Part shown: one piece after another, positions 57,464 to 64,000 of the stretch
Layout: each line of letters begins with the position of its first letter
Numbering within the stretch: the stretch's first letter is position 1
From: a bacterium
GTDB taxonomy: Bacteria; Patescibacteriota; CPR2; UBA1875; JAJYID01
Assembly (NCBI GenBank): GCA_030647205.1
Contig: JAUSJO010000002.1
Span: forward strand, 241,112-305,111
DNA length: 64,000 nucleotides
Direction of reading: 5' to 3'
Made by a program: the position numbers and the translations under genes
The notes under the pieces: model-generated
What the model was told of the DNA's origin: nothing
The model's database searches: none
The model's input: only the letters and a program-made list of their open reading frames with translations

Positions 57464-57507
57464 AAAGTGTCTCAAACTTTTGCGATAGCAAAAGTTTGAG
57501 ACACTTT
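57464..57507. repeat. perfect 20-bp inverted repeat (palindromic hairpin) overlapping the downstream promoter
   Basis: aaagtgtctcaaacttttgc-gata-gcaaaagtttgagacacttt. Immediately followed by an extended -10 TGgTATAAT (~57513..57521). Confidence 0.8.
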
Positions 57508-57570
57508 ATTTGTGGTATAATGTAAGTCGGTACATTAACAAAGAAGAATTAGCCTGAAAAGGAGGACGTT

Positions 57571-58614
57571 ATGTCTGACACAAGCGTTTCGCCCTCTGAT
57601 GTTTTGAGGGCTATTTTTTTATCGGTAAAGAGGCGGTCATTTTCGAGGAAACAGACAGTAGGTCAGAAGATACGATTAGTTCTTATCGTTCTAGCAGTAT
57701 TCTTGTCTTCATATGGCCTGGCTGGGTCGGTAGTTGCTTTATTCCTGTCTCTCGGTGTGTTTATGACACTGCGTTGGGTACATCTGAGAGTTTTCGATTT
57801 CAAAGGAGGCATGGTACTTGTCTGTGCAGCATTGTATAGTCTTCCACTTGCCACTGTTGCCAAGGGATATGAAGTGCTATATAAAGTCATTCTTCGTAAG
57901 ATCAGGATAGTGAATTGGTTCCCGAAATTTCCTTTCAACGACCAGACAGTTACTAAAGATCTGACTTATAACGAGCTTCACTCCCGCGACACTTTTTGGG
58001 GTTCGAAAATGCCAAGATCATTTCCAAGCCCGAATGCGTTAACTGTTATAAGGGCTTTGGGTTCTTTAGTGCTAATATATTTCCACAGTATTAGCGCTAT
58101 CGTCTTTTTCCCGGCTGCGCTCCTCTTATCTCTGACTGATCTGTTTGACGGGGTAATAGCCAGAACCCAAGGTCGGGAGACGGTATTTGGTAAGTGGGCA
58201 GACCCTATAGCAGACAGAATGTTGCTTCTTTCGGTTGCTATCTTTCTATATTACAGAAATCCTTCTTTTTGGAGCTCTGCGAGTATAAAGATAATAGCAC
58301 CTGAGGTAATATTCTTGTTGTTCTTCGCGATTGTTATTATATCGAGAAGGCCGGTGGTGCCTAGGGCAGTTTTCTGGGGGAGGATAAAGTTCGTTCTATA
58401 TCTTTTTTCAGTTAATAGCCTTCTCTTTGGGAATGTCGTTCTTGCGGAGATACTCTTGAATGTAGGCTGCCTGTTTTCTTGGGTAGCTACCTGTAGTTAT
58501 ATAACCCGGTTTTACCAAGAAATGTATCACAAGAGTATCTTCAATGGAGTCCTCGAGTGGCTTGCCACTCATTCCAATAGGATCCAAGAAGAACTTAGCA
58601 CCTGTAAACTCTAG
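57571..58614 (+). CDS. CDP-alcohol phosphatidyltransferase family protein with an N-terminal membrane extension
   Basis: Motif DLFDGVIARTQGRETVFGKWADPIADR (D-G-x2-A-R...G-x3-D-x3-D). Confidence 0.75.
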   Translation: MSDTSVSPSDVLRAIFLSVKRRSFSRKQTVGQKIRLVLIVLAVFLSSYGLAGSVVALFLSLGVFMTLRWVHLRVFDFKGGMVLVCAALYSLPLATVAKGYEVLYKVILRKIRIVNWFPKFPFNDQTVTKDLTYNELHSRDTFWGSKMPRSFPSPNALTVIRALGSLVLIYFHSISAIVFFPAALLLSLTDLFDGVIARTQGRETVFGKWADPIADRMLLLSVAIFLYYRNPSFWSSASIKIIAPEVIFLLFFAIVIISRRPVVPRAVFWGRIKFVLYLFSVNSLLFGNVVLAEILLNVGCLFSWVATCSYITRFYQEMYHKSIFNGVLEWLATHSNRIQEELSTCKL

Positions 58615-58640
58615 GGCGCCGACAAAAGTCGGCGCCTTTT
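58615..58640 (+). terminator. rho-independent terminator
   Basis: ggcgccgac-aaaa-gtcggcgcc followed by tttt. Confidence 0.7.
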
Positions 58641-58733
58641 ACTTTGTCAAAATAGAAAACACTTTTGACCGTGTCTCATATCTATATTAGAATGTAGATA
58701 ACTTGTAAAGCGTACTTTGAAGAGGAGGTGTCT

Positions 58734-59090
58734 ATGGACTTCAGCGTGGCAAGTTTCGACTTTCGGGTGGATAGAAAAGACTCAAAAACATTAGGCAATC
58801 TAGATGGTAAAAGTACTAAATACAGTCTTCCCATTGAGGGGCTGATACATCTTATCATCACAGAAGACGACGGCAGTGTCAGCGAGAGAGAAGTTGAATG
58901 TACCGGATGGATGCTCGGAAATCATTTTGAGCTTTCCGGTAAATGTTTCATCTCTCCGAGAGTGAAGTTTCGATGTGTTTTGACAGAGGAACTTCAGGAG
59001 GGATTTGAAAAAATAGAAATGATCGCTCCAAATGTTGTTTTTGGTTTCAGTGCTGAAGAGTGGTTCATGGGCAACTCGGGGGTAAACTGA
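58734..59090 (+). CDS. hypothetical protein
   Basis: RBS gaggagg 6 nt upstream of the ATG. 118 aa. No motif. Confidence 0.45.
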   Translation: MDFSVASFDFRVDRKDSKTLGNLDGKSTKYSLPIEGLIHLIITEDDGSVSEREVECTGWMLGNHFELSGKCFISPRVKFRCVLTEELQEGFEKIEMIAPNVVFGFSAEEWFMGNSGVN

Positions 59091-59252
59091 AGGTTTTCTA
59101 GAAGCTACCTTCCAAAAGGAGGATGCTGGTCAACCTGTGATGCAATCTCAAAAAGAAAGTCTCTTATATCGGGCGGCACGCAAGTGCCGCCCTAATTCTA
59201 TTTATAAATCCTTATATCTTTGCTATTATGGTAAAAATCGGAGGGTTTATCT

Positions 59253-62048
59253 TTGGAAGCATATAAAATTCCTTTAAAAGATGTTTTTGTAGAACTCAAA
59301 ACTTCTGAAAACGGACTTGAGATACATGAAGTCCAAAAGAGGTTGGCTGAGTTTGGGCGAAATGAAATAAAGAGGGTCAGGCATAGACCTATACTTTTTG
59401 ATTTTATTGAACAGTTCACAAACCTTTTTGCTCTCATACTTATTTTTGCCGGTTTCTTGAGCCTATTTCTCGGGAATAGTCGCGATGCGATCATTCTATT
59501 CCTCATAGTTTTTCTAAATGCCATTGTTGGATTTTTTCAGGAGTACAAGGCGGAAAAAACTATCGAGGCGCTTCAAAAAATTGTACCGAAGGAAACGACC
59601 GTTCGGCGAAGCGGGAAAAACATTCGTGTCAATGTCTCGGATATTGTTTCGGGCGACGTCGTGATTTTACAGGCCGGGGATACTGTGCCGGCAGATCTAC
59701 GGCTAACCAAGGCATACAACTTAAAGACCAATGACTTTGTCTTGACCGGTGAGTCGATATCGCAGGAAAAGTTTGCCGGTGATGTAAAGAACGAGAAAGA
59801 TGTTGGATTGACTGACATTGATAACTGTCTTTTTACCGGTATGCAGGTGACGGACGGATCTTGTGAAGGCATTATTTTTGCGACGGGAATGAATACGGAG
59901 TTTGGTAAGATTGCTCATCTGACGTCAGAAGTTAAGAGAGAACAAAGCCCACTTCAAAAAGAAATAGATATAATGGGCAAAAAAGTAACTAAGCTTGTAG
60001 CTGTTATTTTGCCATTTATGTTTGCGATATTTTACTTTACTAATCGAGCCAATTTTCATTTTTTTACCGCATTTCAGTTTTCCATAGGTGTTTCAAGCGC
60101 CATGGTGCCCGAGGGTTTGGTGGCGACTGTGTCTATCGCGCTTGCTATCGGGGTGCAGCGGGTGGCAAAGAAAAAAGCCGTGATCAGAAAGCTTTCCTCG
60201 GTAGAAACTCTTGGTGCAGTTTCTGTTATCGTTACTGATAAAACAGGTACTCTAACAAAAAACGAGATGACTGTAAAAGAACTTTATACCGGTGGCAGCC
60301 ATGTGCATGTAAGCGGCGTTGGATATAGTGCTAAGGGGGATTTTCTACAAGGACAGTCCTTGCAAAATGCGAAGGCAAGGACTGTCCTTGTAAGCAAGTA
60401 TGAAGAACTTTTTAAAGGAGCAGTGCTTTGTAACAATGCCGACATTAATTTTGGAGAGGGTGGGGATGCTTCTAAAATAATTGGAGACCAAATGGAAGCG
60501 GCTCTACTTGTCATGGGGAAGAAAGCCGGTTTTGAAAAAGGAAAACTAGCCGAAACATTCCCGAGAGTATATGAGATCTCATTTGACTCAAACCGGAGGA
60601 TGATGAGTGTTGTGGTCGATGGTGGAAACGAAAATATTATTTACACAAAAGGCGCACCGCTTGATGTCCTTGCCAAATGCTCAAAGATTAGGGAAAAAGG
60701 CAGAGCGCTTAAAATTACAAAAGAACATATAGAAGCTCTCAAAACCCAAAACGACATGTTTGCCTCTGATGCTCTTAGGGTTATAGCTATCGCTACGAAA
60801 ACAATAGGAAAAAAAGAAAAGTATTCTCAGAAAGAAACAGAAAGCGAGCTGACCTTTTTGGGCCTTGTCGGGATTATCGATCCACCTAGAGTTGACGTGG
60901 CGCCATCTATAAAAAAATGCGAAGATGCGGGAATTAAGATCTTCATGGTGACGGGAGACTATGGTATCACGGCGGGTGCGATAGGCAAAAAGATAGGACT
61001 AGCCGAAAATCCGTGTGTTATAACTGGTGATGATCTAAAAATCATGGACGATTTTGATCTCGGCAAGATCCTTAACTTTGGCAAAGAAGGGTATGATGGG
61101 GTAATATTTGCCCGCACTACGCCGGAAGATAAAATGCGGATTGTCACAGTGCTCAAAAATTATGACTATATCGTAGCAGTGACAGGTGATGGCGTAAATG
61201 ATGCCCCAGCTTTAAAGAGCGCCCATATCGGTGTAGCAATGGGTATCACGGGGACGGACGTTTCGAAAGAAGCTTCAGAAATGGTGCTTCTAAATGACAG
61301 TTTTGCAAGCATTGTTTCGGCTATCCATGAAGGAAGGACCGTGTACGACAATACCAAGAAATTCGTTTATTATATTTTTTCTTCAAACGCGACCGAATTC
61401 TTCGTGGTTTTTATAGGGTCGCTTTTTGGGATGATGCCGATGTTCGCCATCCAGATACTTTTGATAGATCTTTGCACTGATGTCTTTCCTTCCCTCGCTT
61501 TAGCAGTTGATCCATCAGAAAAAGGCGTAATGAAAAAAAGACCGAGAGATCCTAGAGGCAAACTTCTGGATTGGAATGTTTTTAAAGCGCTTTTTAGAGT
61601 CGGGATAGTCGGCGGAGCACTCGGATTTATCGTTTTTCTTTCAGTAATGATGCGGGGCGGTTGGCACTGGGGTGAGGCGATGCACGAGGGACCGCTTCTT
61701 TTCCAGGCAACAGCGGCGACCTATGCCACGCTTGTTATATGCCAGGTATTTAACTCTATAGAGTCGCGGTCGTTTGAGGCCGGTATAGCGAAACTTTTCT
61801 GGGGCAACAAGAAACTTATCGGAGCTATTGGAATTTCAATATTTTTGCTTATGAACATTATCTATAATCCATGGGTACAGCCATTTTCTAGAACTGCAGC
61901 TATTGAGCCGGCAAATTGGATAACAATAATCTTCGCCGGGCTTATCTTTCTTGCTTCGGTAGAAATGAAAAAATGGAGTGTAAGAAAAGAAAAAGAAAGC
62001 TCAATCCTTGAAGCAATAAGGCGCGAGATTTTTGATCAGCCTGTTTGA
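59253..62048 (+). CDS. P-type cation-transporting ATPase (P2-type, Ca2+/Mg2+-like)
   Basis: DKTGTLT phosphorylation site, TGES actuator motif (LTGES), hinge GDGVNDAPAL, 10 TM. Apparent TTG start preceded by ggaggg. Confidence 0.9.
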   Translation: MEAYKIPLKDVFVELKTSENGLEIHEVQKRLAEFGRNEIKRVRHRPILFDFIEQFTNLFALILIFAGFLSLFLGNSRDAIILFLIVFLNAIVGFFQEYKAEKTIEALQKIVPKETTVRRSGKNIRVNVSDIVSGDVVILQAGDTVPADLRLTKAYNLKTNDFVLTGESISQEKFAGDVKNEKDVGLTDIDNCLFTGMQVTDGSCEGIIFATGMNTEFGKIAHLTSEVKREQSPLQKEIDIMGKKVTKLVAVILPFMFAIFYFTNRANFHFFTAFQFSIGVSSAMVPEGLVATVSIALAIGVQRVAKKKAVIRKLSSVETLGAVSVIVTDKTGTLTKNEMTVKELYTGGSHVHVSGVGYSAKGDFLQGQSLQNAKARTVLVSKYEELFKGAVLCNNADINFGEGGDASKIIGDQMEAALLVMGKKAGFEKGKLAETFPRVYEISFDSNRRMMSVVVDGGNENIIYTKGAPLDVLAKCSKIREKGRALKITKEHIEALKTQNDMFASDALRVIAIATKTIGKKEKYSQKETESELTFLGLVGIIDPPRVDVAPSIKKCEDAGIKIFMVTGDYGITAGAIGKKIGLAENPCVITGDDLKIMDDFDLGKILNFGKEGYDGVIFARTTPEDKMRIVTVLKNYDYIVAVTGDGVNDAPALKSAHIGVAMGITGTDVSKEASEMVLLNDSFASIVSAIHEGRTVYDNTKKFVYYIFSSNATEFFVVFIGSLFGMMPMFAIQILLIDLCTDVFPSLALAVDPSEKGVMKKRPRDPRGKLLDWNVFKALFRVGIVGGALGFIVFLSVMMRGGWHWGEAMHEGPLLFQATAATYATLVICQVFNSIESRSFEAGIAKLFWGNKKLIGAIGISIFLLMNIIYNPWVQPFSRTAAIEPANWITIIFAGLIFLASVEMKKWSVRKEKESSILEAIRREIFDQPV

Positions 62049-62088
62049 GTGGCTTGATTATTCATCTGCGAATTTGTAAAATCATCAA

Positions 62089-62814
62089 ATGAGATATATC
62101 TATAAAACACTTCGAATAACGGCATGGCTACTTGTCGGCGCAACCGGCCTGACTATGCTTTTCGGATTTCTGGCGTATAAGCCTTATATCACTCATCACA
62201 TAACTCCAGATTTATCCACTTATTTGCATAACATTTTTCTTCCGCTTGTCTTTGCTCCGCTATTTTTTATCCATTCATTGTGTGGGACATTCATGGCGAT
62301 AAAAAGGCAGCAGTGGATTAAAAATAAGAAAGTTTGGCAGATAGGCGCGAGTATTCTTTGGTTTGGCGCATTGGCTGTTTTGGGTGTTCTTTACTTTGTC
62401 CAACCTCCTCAGGCAAAAAACTCAGCCGCGAAAAGCCAAAACTCTTCTGCCTCACAGCCCGCGACTTCGGCAAGTCCTGCTCAAACACTGACCTTGGTAG
62501 AAATATCAAAACATAATTCACAAAGTGATTGCTGGATGATTATAGACAACAAAGTTTATAATTTAACATCGTACTGTATGATGCATCCTGGAGGAGGGAG
62601 TGGTATAACTTCTTACTGTGGGGCTGACGGGACGAATGCTTTTAACACAAAGGATAAGTCTAATCCGAAGTCTCATTCAAGTTATGCAACCGGCCTCCTT
62701 GATTCATACTACATCGGTGATGTGGGCGCTCAAGCCGATAGCTCAAAAATTCAGCCCACTCAAAGCCAATCTACTACAAATTCTGGTGGATCACGTAGTG
62801 GAGAAGACGACTAA
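62089..62814 (+). CDS. membrane protein with a C-terminal cytochrome b5-like heme-binding domain
   Basis: Three N-terminal TM helices and a Ser/Ala/Gln linker. Cyt-b5 core CWMIIDNKVYNLTSYCMMHPGG. Confidence 0.65.
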   Translation: MRYIYKTLRITAWLLVGATGLTMLFGFLAYKPYITHHITPDLSTYLHNIFLPLVFAPLFFIHSLCGTFMAIKRQQWIKNKKVWQIGASILWFGALAVLGVLYFVQPPQAKNSAAKSQNSSASQPATSASPAQTLTLVEISKHNSQSDCWMIIDNKVYNLTSYCMMHPGGGSGITSYCGADGTNAFNTKDKSNPKSHSSYATGLLDSYYIGDVGAQADSSKIQPTQSQSTTNSGGSRSGEDD

Positions 62815-62834
62815 CTTAAATAAATAGCAAAGAA

Positions 62835-62860
62835 AAAAGCGGCTCAAAGGAGCCGCTTTT
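62835..62860. terminator. bidirectional rho-independent terminator
   Basis: aaaagcggctc-aaagg-agccgctttt. Confidence 0.7.
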
Positions 62861-62886
62861 ATTCACGGTTTTTCCTGCCGCTATGA

Positions 62887-63309
62887 TTACCTCATGGTTT
62901 CTTCAACTATCTCCAGGTAAATATCGAGGATATTCGTTTTAGTGGTTTCTACTCTCTCGAAAAGAGGATCCAGGAGATTTATCATGAGGAACTCACCCTC
63001 TGGTAAGAGTCCGTATTCATCTTCCTCGGAATCGTAGCAGATGATGTCGCCCTCGATGCTTAGCCGCTTTTCTTCACCTTTTTCAGTAAAGGTGATTGTG
63101 TAGCCCGGGGTGCCGAACTTCGTCGGGTAGAAGTCATTTTCGGGGTCGAAAGGAGCGGCTTTGGCCAGAGCCTCCATCACTTGGCTGATAATGTCAGTAT
63201 CTATGATGTCGATCTCAGCCTCGAGTAGGTAACTGTCCTCTCCCTCATCAACTCCTTTGACTTTCCTGATGTGAACCTTTGCGGGTAATTGGATAATCAT
63301 TGTTATCAC
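62887..63309 (-). CDS. hypothetical acidic protein
   Basis: 140-aa ORF, possibly co-transcribed with the upstream Zn-ribbon gene. Confidence 0.45.
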   Translation of the reverse strand: MITMIIQLPAKVHIRKVKGVDEGEDSYLLEAEIDIIDTDIISQVMEALAKAAPFDPENDFYPTKFGTPGYTITFTEKGEEKRLSIEGDIICYDSEEDEYGLLPEGEFLMINLLDPLFERVETTKTNILDIYLEIVEETMR

Positions 63310-63315
63310 TCCTCG

Positions 63316-63591
63316 CTAATATTTGAGACACTCGATTGCAATTTCTGCCATCATTGCTGCTTCTTCGGGATCGTCCCAGTTCCCAAGCTCTGTCCGAAAA
63401 AGCGCATATCCGGGAAATATCATTTCTCCATGACAGCAGGGGCAGTCTTTGCCGTTTTTCTCTCCGGTTGCATGGCATGCGGGGCAAGCCTTCATGCCAT
63501 CTATGATTGTTTTCAGCGGCGCTTTCCGGAGCTTTTCTATCAGTAGTGTTCTGTTTGAATCTATCTGATTTGATTTACTCAATGTTCTCAC
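63316..63591 (-). CDS. small zinc-ribbon protein
   Basis: CPACHATGEKNGKDCPCCHG, i.e. two Cys pairs. Confidence 0.45.
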   Translation of the reverse strand: MRTLSKSNQIDSNRTLLIEKLRKAPLKTIIDGMKACPACHATGEKNGKDCPCCHGEMIFPGYALFRTELGNWDDPEEAAMMAEIAIECLKY

Positions 63592-63688
63592 TCCTTACGG
63601 ATTTTTAGTATAGGAAATGTGGTTACATTATCGCCATAAATATCCTTTTAGTCAACTTTTGTGACAGGAAACCCAACTTAAAATTTTA

Positions 63689-63717
63689 TTGCAATCACAA
63701 GAAATTTGGAGTATAAT
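63689..63717 (+). promoter_or_regulatory. sigma70-like promoter upstream of pyk
   Basis: TTGCAA, 17-nt spacer, TATAAT. The -10 lies 8 nt upstream of the GTG start, so the transcript may be leaderless. Confidence 0.5.
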
Positions 63718-63725
63718 CTCTTCTT

Positions 63726-64000
63726 GTGAAGAAGACTAAAATTATAGCAACACTTGGGCCATCATCTGATGACCCAAAAATTATGGAAAAACTTATTGAT
63801 GCGGGAGCAAATGTGTTCCGGATCAACTTTTCGCATGCAACAGAAGAAGAGAAAGAAAACAGAATTAAGTATCTGCGGGAGATAGAGAAAAGACGAAAGA
63901 TACCGGTTGCGATATTGCAGGATTTGCAGGGACCAAAGATACGTGTTGGTATCTTGCCAAGCGAAGGGGTTCAGCTAAAGGTTGGAAAAGAAATTACCTT
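63726..64000 (+). CDS. pyk: pyruvate kinase (5' part; continues beyond the window)
   Basis: VKKTKIIATLGPSS...VFRINFSHA...PVAILQDLQGPKIR matches the pyruvate kinase N-terminus. Confidence 0.85.
   Translation, partial: MKKTKIIATLGPSSDDPKIMEKLIDAGANVFRINFSHATEEEKENRIKYLREIEKRRKIPVAILQDLQGPKIRVGILPSEGVQLKVGKEIT

Noticed and set aside
57464-57507. Perfect 20-bp inverted repeat considered as MITE or transposon ends
   Set aside because: The two arms are separated by only 4 nt (a simple palindrome), and there is no enclosed sequence or target-site duplication. It is more consistent with a terminator or operator overlapping the downstream promoter.

Overview
About 64 kb of low-GC (roughly 40%) bacterial chromosome, gene-dense on both strands. 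The gene content resembles a small-genome Gram-positive-type or CPR/Patescibacteria-like organism; that assignment is inference. Most of the window is housekeeping: a comM/yifB-like 3' fragment, greA, bifunctional nadM-Nudix, a murT-gatD lipid II amidation pair with a sensor histidine kinase embedded between them, miaA, miaB, NAD(P)-malic enzyme, thrS, argS, smpB plus tmRNA (ssrA), tRNA-Leu(CAG), tRNA-Val(GAC), def, purM, a galT-like gene, a pyruvate kinase 5' fragment, mscL, a P-type ATPase, a ravA/viaA-like AAA+/VWA pair, GT2/GT4 glycosyltransferases and a Nudix-MazG-Nudix trio. No CRISPR array, integrase, transposase or reverse transcriptase was seen. Five things stand out. (1) A surface-protein gene is bracketed by near-identical ~40-bp direct repeats that duplicate the miaB start region. 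(2) A histidine kinase is translationally coupled inside the murT-gatD operon. (3) A GC-richer two-gene module sits under a consensus promoter with an operator-like palindrome, and its first gene is split by a G7 homopolymer. (4) An AT-rich gene with a HEPN-like Rx4H motif sits 20 bp after a UvrD-helicase/Cas4-like nuclease fusion. (5) A 23-nt duplicate of the tRNA-Leu 3' end (att-site-like remnant) lies next to the tRNA. Coordinates worked out by hand (RNAs, terminators, repeats) may be off by 1-2 nt; CDS coordinates follow the ORF track.
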